Below are positions 1-8,481 of a stretch of DNA of 32,000 nt, in pieces. The notes under the pieces are model-generated. The model searched no databases. It saw only the letters and a list, made by a program, of their open reading frames with translations, and was not told where the DNA came from. The translations under genes were made by a program, and so were the position numbers. The stretch is from positions 1,710,001 to 1,742,000 of the forward strand of contig NZ_CP042905.2 of the NCBI RefSeq assembly GCF_008000775.2, given 5' to 3'. The DNA is from Promethearchaeum syntrophicum (GTDB lineage: Archaea; Asgardarchaeota; Lokiarchaeia; Sigyniarchaeales; Promethearchaeaceae). The stretch's first letter is position 1, and every line of letters starts with the position of its first letter.

Positions 1-89
1 AGATATACGATCGATTTGAAATTTACTAATTTTTTTTTTCTCTTTGTCATTAAGATAGATTTAAAAATTTACTCAACAAAATTGTTATT

Positions 90-1073
90 ATGATTCTACA
101 AACTAACATTTATGAATTTCTTGATTATGCGATAATTGGAATACTCGGATTAATGAATTTTTTAGTATTTATTTTGTTGATTGTTGTTGGGGTAAGTAAT
201 TTCAAAAAAGCACTTGGTCCCGATTGTAAGAAAGGATTTTCAAGGTTTTTCGTGGCGTTTCTCGTCTTTTTAATGTTTTCTACGTTTATGGATTTTGCTT
301 ATTCTTTAACTTATAAAATATTTTATATCCAAACTGTTGAGAATGAATTCTATTCAGTAGGTTATTTTAATTATATTGTGAATACGATTTGGGGAATTAC
401 ATACGGGCTTGGTGTTCTGAATAAACTAATTGCTTTTCTTCTACTTTTTAGTGCTATGGAGATTAAATTGTTCAATAAGAAATCCAAGTGGAAATTCGGA
501 ATTCTAACCGTAATTTTGCTTGGAAGTATATTTATCATGGAAATAGTCAAAATTACATTAAGATTTACTATAGGTGGGATTGGATCTGCTATAACAACTC
601 TAACTGTAGGGGTCCTTTCCAGTTTGGATTACATTATATTGGCAATTGCTATTCGTTATTTACTGAAAAGAACTGGTAAGGAGAACGAATCGCTTAAAGT
701 TTATACTAAACCGATAGCTATTGGTGTGCTCTTTTTATTTAATTTTAATTCCATAATTCAAATTTTACAATATATTCGCGGTTTTATTGACTACTTTTTT
801 AACATAAATAGTTATTATGATTATGATGAACTACTTTATTGGATTAATATTGGATTGTTCTTCCTTACAAGTCTTTTGTTTATAATTGGAATAATTCTTC
901 TAGCAGTAGGTGCAATCAAGACAATGTCTGTACCCTTAACCTTTTCAAAGAAAAAAGGTGTCAAAGGTGCCCCGCGACAAGCAGTAAATAAAAAACAAAA
1001 TACTTGTCCAAGTTGTAATACTCCTCTCCCCCCTGGAGCAGAATTTTGCACAAATTGTGGAAACCATCTGTAA
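90..1073 (+). CDS. Multi-pass membrane protein with C-terminal zinc ribbon (tandem paralog 1)
   Basis: 327-aa ORF, several hydrophobic segments, C-terminal CPSCNTPLPPGAEFCTNCG zinc ribbon; similar to ORFs at 3489 and 4624 (shared LGPDCKKGF, KKSKWKFG, ESLKVYTKP-type blocks). Confidence 0.85.
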   Translation: MILQTNIYEFLDYAIIGILGLMNFLVFILLIVVGVSNFKKALGPDCKKGFSRFFVAFLVFLMFSTFMDFAYSLTYKIFYIQTVENEFYSVGYFNYIVNTIWGITYGLGVLNKLIAFLLLFSAMEIKLFNKKSKWKFGILTVILLGSIFIMEIVKITLRFTIGGIGSAITTLTVGVLSSLDYIILAIAIRYLLKRTGKENESLKVYTKPIAIGVLFLFNFNSIIQILQYIRGFIDYFFNINSYYDYDELLYWINIGLFFLTSLLFIIGIILLAVGAIKTMSVPLTFSKKKGVKGAPRQAVNKKQNTCPSCNTPLPPGAEFCTNCGNHL

Positions 1074-1387
1074 TTCAATTTCGTGACATTTTTTTATTTT
1101 CTTTTTTCTTTCATTCTACAATGCTTTTTCTTTGAGATATGATTCTGATCTCTTCCAATCACATTCGTTTACTCTTTCTCTAGTTAATTTTAGGATATTT
1201 TCTGTCAAAAGACCCCCCTTCGCCTCCATTGAGATTGCAAGTTTACGGTATAAGATACTTTCAGCCATGAAGTTTACGGTACAAGCCATTCTCCAAATTT
1301 TTATAAAGGAAGTCGACAAAATAATTATCACGGAGTCATATCAACACCAACTCCCCCGAATGTGATTGGAGAACAATTAATAATTTA

Positions 1388-1731
1388 TGTGTCTTGAACC
1401 AGGCACATCGAAAAAAAGTATGTCATTCCGCGCGTGGGGAACCCTTTCATCGAAAATTGGTGGAGGAGGTTCTCAGGGTCAAGCAATCTTTCAGAGATAT
1501 TGGGATGTTTGCCTCTTGGCGAGCAGGTGGGAACTCAGCACCGCAACAGCTCGTTCGAAGGGGGAACCCCATGCCACGAAATTTCGGCTATCCCCTGTGC
1601 AGCTGATGCAATCCTTCGGGTTTTTTCACCCACGGGAGGAACCGAGACCGCAGCCGGACGATCACTAAGAGGGGGGGAAATGACACCGTGTCCTTGAGGG
1701 TAAGAAAAGACCTAAAAGGAGGTATGGCAGG
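1388..1731 (+). ncRNA. Candidate IS110 bridge RNA region
   Basis: ~340-nt noncoding segment between presumed left end and transposase start, where IS110-group elements encode bridge RNA; local stem CGAGC(1520-1524)/GCTCG(1549-1553) enclosing GGTG(1526-1529)/CACC(1539-1542) with internal loops. Confidence 0.45.
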
Positions 1732-3291
1732 ATGCGAACACACCCTGCCATGTACGCGAATTCAATCACAGTGAATTCGGTGAATAAAATGATTTCAGCA
1801 AAGCAAAAAAAACCTTCGATCGAGCGTATTCGACGTACCCCAAGAAATCCGGAAGTGGTGAAAGTCCTCAAAGAAGTCACCGCCTTTGGAATTGGATTGG
1901 ATGTGCATAAAGACTCGATTGCCCTCTGCATGAGCGGACGCCTTCCTTCTGGAGAAACCTTGGTGATCCGTGAACATACTTTCCGCAACCACCATCAAGG
2001 GGTGGAAGAATTATGTCGATTTCTGCGTCCTTATCAAGCAAAAGCAACCATTCTGATGGAGTGCACAGGCGTTTACCACGTGGCCTTATATCAAACACTT
2101 CAACAACGCTTTCCATCTCGTAGGGAATTTCTCATTGCCATGAATCCCCTGTTAGTCCACAATCGGATTGCAGATTTAGGAACGAAAAGTGATCGAGCTG
2201 ATGCCCGGACATTGTCCAATTTAGCGTTTTATGAGCGAATTTTACGCCCAAGTTATGTGGGAAGTCCCGAATTCTTTACTGTAAGGGACTATATGCGGTC
2301 CTATCATCGCACAAGAACCCAGACTACTACCTGCAAAAACCGTATCCATCGACACCTCCATCTGGCTAATCAGAAATTCAGTTTTAACTTGAACACGGAG
2401 TGGGGTCTCCAACTCTTGGATCGTTACATTGCCCAATCCCGTCCTTTGGGGGAGGTCTACGAAGAATTCCTTGCAGAATTAAAAACTAATGGTCAGGGAA
2501 GAGTGTTAGAACGACAAGCAACCGAGATAGTTCCTCATGCTGAAGTCCGACTCACGGAACCTCAATGCTTTCTTTTGCAAGTGGAAGTCATACGCCTCTT
2601 GGAATCCCAAGCAGCCGCAGCTATCTTATTGAAAGAAGCCGAAACATATGTGTTGAACCATCCCACGCTTCGTACCCACTACGAACAGCTCTGTTTTATC
2701 CCTGGATTCAATGCGGTGACCGTACTCACCATCCTCACGGAGGTAGGAAATTATTCTCGCTTCCGCACCGCCGATGCATTCAGCAAATTCTGCGGTGTGG
2801 TTCCTACAGTGGAACAAAGCGGGACATTTCGCTCCAAGGGCCATGTTAACCGCTTCACGAATAAACATTTACGTTCTGCCCTCTCGCAAGCAGCTGCAAT
2901 CATTTTGAGCCGTCCGGATCGTAACACAGATATTGGGGCTTATGCGTACAAACAACTGCTCCTCCGTAAACTTCCCTTCAAGAAAGCTATGATGAAGGTT
3001 GCGTTTAAGTATAGTCGGATAGTATTCGGAATGTTGACCGGAATTCGGCAGTATGATCCCTATCATGAGACTATGGAAAAGAAACGAGCACGTCTCCAGA
3101 AGCATCTTACAAATCAAGGGACTCTTCTTGAAAGTCACCGTACCCGAGCTTTAAGACGAAACATCTCCAAGCTTTTGGTGACAAATTCCGATTTACTGAA
3201 TAGCACGAGTAAGTATCATCTTGTGCATGGCTTTAAACGGCTCATTCGGAAGTCAAAATATCAAGACAAGCACACATCTACGCGAAAATAA
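1732..3291 (+). CDS. IS110-family transposase
   Basis: N-terminal GIGLDVHKDSIALCMSG (DEDD/RuvC-like) and C-terminal CFIPGFNAVTVLTILTEVGNYSRFRTADAFSKFCGVVP...GHVNRFTNKHLRSALSQAA (Transposase_20-like). AAAGGAGGT upstream of ATG 1732. Confidence 0.93.
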   Translation: MRTHPAMYANSITVNSVNKMISAKQKKPSIERIRRTPRNPEVVKVLKEVTAFGIGLDVHKDSIALCMSGRLPSGETLVIREHTFRNHHQGVEELCRFLRPYQAKATILMECTGVYHVALYQTLQQRFPSRREFLIAMNPLLVHNRIADLGTKSDRADARTLSNLAFYERILRPSYVGSPEFFTVRDYMRSYHRTRTQTTTCKNRIHRHLHLANQKFSFNLNTEWGLQLLDRYIAQSRPLGEVYEEFLAELKTNGQGRVLERQATEIVPHAEVRLTEPQCFLLQVEVIRLLESQAAAAILLKEAETYVLNHPTLRTHYEQLCFIPGFNAVTVLTILTEVGNYSRFRTADAFSKFCGVVPTVEQSGTFRSKGHVNRFTNKHLRSALSQAAAIILSRPDRNTDIGAYAYKQLLLRKLPFKKAMMKVAFKYSRIVFGMLTGIRQYDPYHETMEKKRARLQKHLTNQGTLLESHRTRALRRNISKLLVTNSDLLNSTSKYHLVHGFKRLIRKSKYQDKHTSTRK

Positions 3292-3299
3292 AAAAATTG

Positions 3300-3349
3300 A
3301 AACTTTATCTCTAAGGAAGACCGCTAGGTCTTCTGGCTAAAGTTTTTTT
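3300..3349 (+). terminator. Stem-loop followed by T-run after transposase
   Basis: Nested inverted repeats AAACTTTA(3300-3307)/TAAAGTTT(3338-3345) and GAAGACC(3316-3322)/GGTCTTC(3327-3333), then TTTTTTT. Confidence 0.5.
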
Positions 3350-3488
3350 CTTATTTTGTTTTAATTCTCTTTGGTTTTCTTAATATAATGAATATTTCAC
3401 ATAAAGCTCATTGATAATTCTTTAAAATTAATCTCTTGAAACACTATTTCCTATATATTTATAAATTAAAAACAACATAATTGTAATT

Positions 3489-4466
3489 ATGATAAATATC
3501 TTTGATATTTTTAGTTATATAAGAATCGGAATAGATGGATTAATAGTTGTATTAGTAATAATTCTTCTAATTTTTGTTGCTGTTAGAATCAAGAATGTAG
3601 AACTCGGACCCGATTGTAAGAAAGGATTCACAAAGTGTTTCATTGCATTTATACTCTTTATATTGTTTTCAACGTTTCTCGATTTTGCTTATAGTCTAAC
3701 TTATAGGATTTTGACAGATCTTGCTGAGAGTGGTGCTATAGACTATTATGAAATAACTTTTATTCTCGGTATTTTTTCAATTGCTACAGCTGGGTTAGGA
3801 TTTCTGAATAATTGGATTGCATATGTTATTCTTTTTAGTTCTATGGAGATTTTCTTATTCAATAAAAAATCTAAGGGAAAATTCGGAATCTTAGCCATTC
3901 TTTTGCAGATTGGTTCCTTTATCCTATTGATTATTGAAATTGTTATATCTGCGATATTGGGGGATTATTTAGGGATTCAAATCACAAATTTAGTTGTCAA
4001 TGTGCTCATAAATTTCAATTTTATAATTATTGGAATTGTAATTCTTATATTACTGGGAAATACTGCCAAGGAAAATCAATTGCTTCGAAATTATACAAAA
4101 ATGATGTCGGCTGGGGTAATTCTCCTATTAATAATAGTTCCGATATTTAATCAACTTGTGTATGTTCTTAATTTTATTTCAAATCTTTTAGCATGGAATG
4201 GATATTTCTTTGATAATATTATAATAAGAAACGGGATAAGTTGGGGCATAGGTTTCCTATCCAGTTTATGTTTTATAATCGGAATTATCGTTCTGTCTTT
4301 AGGTGCCATTAAGACAATGACTGTCCCCTTAACATTTTCAAGGGAAAAAGCTGCAAAAGGATCTCCGCGACAAATTCTAAATCACCAGCTAAATTCTTGT
4401 CCAAGTTGTGGTACTTCTCTCCTTCCTGGGGCAGAATTTTGCACAAATTGTGGGAAGCATCTTTAA
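3489..4466 (+). CDS. Multi-pass membrane protein with C-terminal zinc ribbon (tandem paralog 2)
   Basis: 325-aa ORF closely related to 90..1073; C-terminal CPSCGTSLLPGAEFCTNCGKHL. Confidence 0.85.
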   Translation: MINIFDIFSYIRIGIDGLIVVLVIILLIFVAVRIKNVELGPDCKKGFTKCFIAFILFILFSTFLDFAYSLTYRILTDLAESGAIDYYEITFILGIFSIATAGLGFLNNWIAYVILFSSMEIFLFNKKSKGKFGILAILLQIGSFILLIIEIVISAILGDYLGIQITNLVVNVLINFNFIIIGIVILILLGNTAKENQLLRNYTKMMSAGVILLLIIVPIFNQLVYVLNFISNLLAWNGYFFDNIIIRNGISWGIGFLSSLCFIIGIIVLSLGAIKTMTVPLTFSREKAAKGSPRQILNHQLNSCPSCGTSLLPGAEFCTNCGKHL

Positions 4467-4623
4467 ATCGATTTTTTTTTAAATTTCTTAAACTATTTCC
4501 CATCAAAAAGAAATGTTTTAATTGCAAATATTTACTGAGTTTTGGATTTTCGGATTTAATGGAAATTTCTTCTGATCTCTGTTATAAATATATTTATATA
4601 TTAAGAACAACACAATTGTATAC

Positions 4624-5517
4624 ATGATTCTCCAAAATTTATACATTATAATGTCTGTATTAAATTTAGCTATCCAAATTTTAGCGATATTAGTTCTATT
4701 CATTCTTATAATTCTTTTAGGCATTGTTACCTTGCAAAAGAAACTCGAACCTAACTGTTCTAAAGATTTTTCAATTTTTTCAATAATTAATCTTGCTTGT
4801 TTAATGATTTCACTAATTATTGGAATATTTGTCAATATACCTTTTGTAGAAATGAATAATACATTATTTTATCTTCTGCTATGTATTTCAATGGAAATTT
4901 ATCTGTTTCATAAGAAATCAAAATGGAAATTCAGCCTCCTTACAACCATTTTACTTTGTTTTTCAATTATAATCTGGATTACAGATATAATTTTAATTTT
5001 CATTCTATGGGGAGATATAGAGAGTTTTATAATATCTGCAATTGTTGATATCCTCACAAGTACTATTTTCATCATTATTGGAATAGTTATTCTTATATTA
5101 CTAAGAAACTCTGCTAAAGAAAATTTATCTGTTAAAACATACACAAAACCGTTTTCAATTGGAATTGTTATTCTACTTATTATAAAATCTTTATTTATGC
5201 CAATTCTAACAATCACCAATTTAATCACTCATTATGGAGATTTTGAATATGATGAGAATTTTTACCTAATTATTTATGGAATAATTTTCATCAAGCATTT
5301 GCTTCTAATAATCGGAATTATTTTTATCGCGATTGGTACACTAAAAACAATGTATGTTCCGTTAATTTTCTCAAAAGATAAAGGTAAAAAAGTAATTTTA
5401 CCAAGAAAAGAGACAAGATACTCACCACCAATTATAATTTACTGTCCAGAATGTGGCGGTCCTATTTCTCCTGATACACCATTTTGCACTAATTGTGGGC
5501 ACCGTTTAAATAATTAG
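4624..5517 (+). CDS. Multi-pass membrane protein with C-terminal zinc ribbon (tandem paralog 3)
   Basis: 297-aa ORF; KKLEPNCSKDF, FHKKSKWKFSLL, CPECGGPISPDTPFCTNCGHRL; shorter N-terminal region. Confidence 0.85.
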   Translation: MILQNLYIIMSVLNLAIQILAILVLFILIILLGIVTLQKKLEPNCSKDFSIFSIINLACLMISLIIGIFVNIPFVEMNNTLFYLLLCISMEIYLFHKKSKWKFSLLTTILLCFSIIIWITDIILIFILWGDIESFIISAIVDILTSTIFIIIGIVILILLRNSAKENLSVKTYTKPFSIGIVILLIIKSLFMPILTITNLITHYGDFEYDENFYLIIYGIIFIKHLLLIIGIIFIAIGTLKTMYVPLIFSKDKGKKVILPRKETRYSPPIIIYCPECGGPISPDTPFCTNCGHRLNN

Positions 5518-5628
5518 AGTTCTGCTCTTCTCTGTTATTTTTTTAAATTTATTCTTTTTCAATGCTATTTCTTTAATCCTTTCCCACATTATTATCATTA
5601 TTAACAAATATCAAGATTAAGTAGAATT

Positions 5629-6486
5629 ATGTTGAGTAGATGTAATATGAAACAGGAACGAGTCTTTGATGAAAGTGGAATCCCCAAAATTCGTGTGGTC
5701 GCCGATTATCCGACTTCAAAAGCTCTAAAACTTCATCCTGATTTGCGTAACCATCTTAAATCAACTGATCCCCCTAGAATTAAAAACGAAGATCGAGAGA
5801 CTCTTTTTTTGTACAATAAATACATTGCAAAAGATCTGTATGATATTGATATAAAATTCGCCGAACACGCTATAATTCCGACTCCTATTATGCGATTTAA
5901 TTTTTTGATGCATGTAATTAAACCGAATTCATCTATAATCGAGATTGGAACTGGTGCAAGCGCTATTATCGCAATATTAGCTGCCAAACATTTCAATGCT
6001 CAAGTGTATGCTACAGAAGTAGATAAGGAATATATTACTCTTGCAAACCAAAATATTTTCCATAATAAACTAGAGTCTAAGATTACGGTCTTTGATTCAC
6101 ATGGATCTTTCTTCCATGATGTTGTCCCAAAGGGGCTTAAAGTTGATTTCATAATATCAAATCCGCCTTATTATGATAAAATTCTCTCACCAAAGGTCAT
6201 TTGGGGGGGGAAAAATCATGAATTGGTTAGTGATGGTGAAATGGGAGAATTATTCATTATAAGATTGATCAAAGAAGGGTGGGATTATCTAAAATCTCCC
6301 GGAACGATTTCATTTATTATTCCAAAAACACGGCAAAATACATTAATATCGGTCGAGGATTTCCTCAATTTACATAATTATGACTATGATATAATCGGTT
6401 TGCTCGCAGGAAATCGAACCAGATTTATTTTTCGCATTTTTAAAAATAATTTGCTAGATATAAATAGATTATCTGATATGGATTAA
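5629..6486 (+). CDS. SAM-dependent methyltransferase, METTL16/RlmF-like
   Basis: IIEIGTGASAIIAILAA motif I, TEVDKEY, catalytic-type ISNPPYYD, and preceding LYDIDIKF...IIPTPIMRFNFLMHVI typical of the METTL16/RlmF family. Confidence 0.8.
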   Translation: MLSRCNMKQERVFDESGIPKIRVVADYPTSKALKLHPDLRNHLKSTDPPRIKNEDRETLFLYNKYIAKDLYDIDIKFAEHAIIPTPIMRFNFLMHVIKPNSSIIEIGTGASAIIAILAAKHFNAQVYATEVDKEYITLANQNIFHNKLESKITVFDSHGSFFHDVVPKGLKVDFIISNPPYYDKILSPKVIWGGKNHELVSDGEMGELFIIRLIKEGWDYLKSPGTISFIIPKTRQNTLISVEDFLNLHNYDYDIIGLLAGNRTRFIFRIFKNNLLDINRLSDMD

Positions 6487-6598
6487 TTTAATTCTAACAT
6501 TTATAATATATATTAACGAATTGGTTGAAGGATCATGCTATGTTCTTATTGTAAAATCTAAACCATAATAAGGAAAAAGAATAAGATCATATTATAGC

Positions 6599-7171
6599 AT
6601 GTCTCAAATTTTTAACAAAAAATTTATTATTATTGGTAGCCCGGGAGTCGGTAAAACCTCACTCATTAAAAATTTTGTCGAAGGTTCTTTTCTTAGTGAA
6701 TATAAATCCACTATCGGCACCAATCTCTATACAAAAACACTTGAATTCAAAAAAGATAAATCTCAAGATAATGAAGAAAAAGAAATAATTGTGAAACTTG
6801 TCCTTTGGGACATTGCGGGACAAGTACAGTGGGATATCATGCGACCTGCTTATTATCAAGGAAGTCACGGTGTTTGTGTTGTGGGAGACCTCAGTAGCAA
6901 ACGCACTTTTCAAAAAATAGAAAAATTTTGGATTAATGATGCCCGTGAGAATTGTAATGCAACGATTCCTGTTATATTACTTGCTAATAAAAATGATCTT
7001 AAAGCTGAAATAAGCGAAGAAGAAGTCAAAGATCTTGGGAATCGATGTCAAGTTGATCGCGTAATATTCACATCCGCAAAAACCAGTTATCATGTAGAAG
7101 AAGCCTTCATAGCGTTGATAAAAATGTCGTTGAAGAACGATCATTTAATATTTCTCAGGTATAATGAATAG
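6599..7171 (+). CDS. Rab/Ras-like small GTPase
   Basis: G1 GSPGVGKTS, G2 STIGTN, G3 WDIAGQ, G4 NKND, G5 TSAK. Confidence 0.95.
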   Translation: MSQIFNKKFIIIGSPGVGKTSLIKNFVEGSFLSEYKSTIGTNLYTKTLEFKKDKSQDNEEKEIIVKLVLWDIAGQVQWDIMRPAYYQGSHGVCVVGDLSSKRTFQKIEKFWINDARENCNATIPVILLANKNDLKAEISEEEVKDLGNRCQVDRVIFTSAKTSYHVEEAFIALIKMSLKNDHLIFLRYNE

Positions 7172-7220
7172 ATAGAAAGAAAAAAAAAGTAGAACAATTT
7201 ATATCATTGACTATAAAAAA

Positions 7221-7862
7221 TTAACCGCGAACTCGCTCAAGTAGTAACATCATCATAATGCTTAGAAGCATTTGCATTTCTTCAAATTCACTCATTTCGG
7301 TTAGTTTTTCAATTTTAAATTTACCTTCAAAGAGTGCTGGTTTCTTTTTCACGCGCATCATTTCAGTACCATCCAGCTTTGCAATTAAATAGGAAGGATG
7401 GAACACAAAACCCGCACATAAACCAATGCATGGGATGGAAGCAAATAGAGAATCCATGAATCTAACGAAAACACTTTCCTCTTTAATAGTTAAGAGTTGA
7501 TTGTCTCCGTCAAAAACTTGATAATTGGCTCGCCATAACGATCGCATTCCTTTACGTTTAATTGAACCAAGACTTTGCCCGTTCATATCTGTAAAATTAT
7601 AACGTGCAGAGAAATCTATAATTCTATCTGCATTGATTGTGTAAAGTTGATTGGTTTGTGTGTTGTCTGTAAATACTTTTATTGCTTCTTTAAGCTTAAA
7701 CATTTTTTGCTTAACATAAAACAATACATTTTCGTTATTGTCAGTCATAGTGAACCTATTACCGAAAGTCGCAATTTTAAAAGAAACATGTAGTGGATAT
7801 TCCATTTTTTTTTTGACCTCTAAATTTTTCTGGTAATTGGGAATTAAATAATACACTTCCAA
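7221..7862 (-). CDS. LURP-one-related / Tubby-C2-like domain protein
   Basis: Repeated beta-strand pattern FGNRFTMTDNNENVLFYVKQKMFKLKEAIKVF...IKRKGMRSLWRANYQVFDGDNQLLTIKEE typical of LURP-one-related folds. Confidence 0.65.
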   Translation of the reverse strand: MEVYYLIPNYQKNLEVKKKMEYPLHVSFKIATFGNRFTMTDNNENVLFYVKQKMFKLKEAIKVFTDNTQTNQLYTINADRIIDFSARYNFTDMNGQSLGSIKRKGMRSLWRANYQVFDGDNQLLTIKEESVFVRFMDSLFASIPCIGLCAGFVFHPSYLIAKLDGTEMMRVKKKPALFEGKFKIEKLTEMSEFEEMQMLLSIMMMLLLERVRG

Positions 7863-8115
7863 ATACGCAGTACTATAAATACGTAAATGTGACCTATATA
7901 TCTTCTTATGCTTAAGAAAATATTTTAGTGTCGTTCATGTCAAAAGTTTTTTCTAATTTTATTATATGACTGACTGAAAGTGGGGCTAAATTTCGACGAC
8001 ATAAACTACTACATTAATATAACCAATAAACAGGAAGAAAAAGTAAGAAATACTGAAATATATTTTATTATTAATTAGGATTGATTTTATCCCGATCGGA
8101 TAATTTTAAGCCTGT

Positions 8116-8481
8116 GTAGCCATTTGGGACAAGGGTCAAAATTAGTGATCAAAAATTAAGCAATCTCTTGACGATATTCCATCCGTTCTCATAGAAATTA
8201 AGGTAGATTTGATTCCTGAAGTTGGAGAGGTTCTTGATCGAGAAGAGTGTCAAGAGTATGCAAATGAGGAGGATTCAATGTATATTGAGATATCAGTGAA
8301 ACTGGGAACCAATGTTGATGATGTGTTTATAGGGTTAACAAGATTGATTAATTCAAAGGACGAGGGCAAATTAGCCCATATATCTTTTTATCGCGGGATT
8401 AGTAAAGGGACAAAGGATGGATTTTTTTTTTTTTTGGAAGCTGGTCGTTTAAACGTGATTGAGAAGGTTATTCCCGTATAA
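8116..8481 (+). pseudogene. Remnant of a small GTPase (G3-like, G4, G5 regions only)
   Basis: Single frame reads VAIWDKGQN** then SKIKQSLDDIPSVLIEIKVDLIPEVGEVLDREECQEYANEEDSMYIEISVKLGTNVDDVFIGLTRLI; matches Rab-type G4..G5 layout with in-frame stops at 8143 and 8146 and no G1. Confidence 0.55.

Larger units (their letters stand above)
1388..3350 (+). mobile_element. IS110-family insertion sequence (approximate ends)
   Basis: DEDD-type IS110 transposase plus long GC-rich noncoding 5' segment; composition differs sharply from AT-rich flanks. Exact ends not determinable from one copy. Confidence 0.75.

Noticed and set aside
1116-1365. Opposing ORFs (71 aa minus, 77 aa plus) between paralog 1 and the IS
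   Set aside because: Same DNA read on both strands, no recognisable domain; possible remnant but unsupported.
1387-1697. Overlapping small + strand ORFs (93, 70, 87 aa) in the IS 5' region
   Set aside because: Mutually overlapping in different frames, low-complexity reading, and lie where IS110 elements keep noncoding RNA; better explained as noncoding.
1665-3138. Antisense ORFs inside the transposase (107, 67, 79, 64, 80, 89 aa)
   Set aside because: Fully covered by a strong sense CDS with recognised motifs; typical of GC-richer shadow frames.
6405-6425. T-arm-like string GCTCGCAGGAAATCGAACC
   Set aside because: Inside the methyltransferase CDS (GLLAGNRTRF) with no matching acceptor stem.
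8209-8481. 90-aa ORF as an intact gene
   Set aside because: TTG start, upstream same-frame GTPase-like sequence with stops, and only G4/G5 regions; treated as pseudogene.
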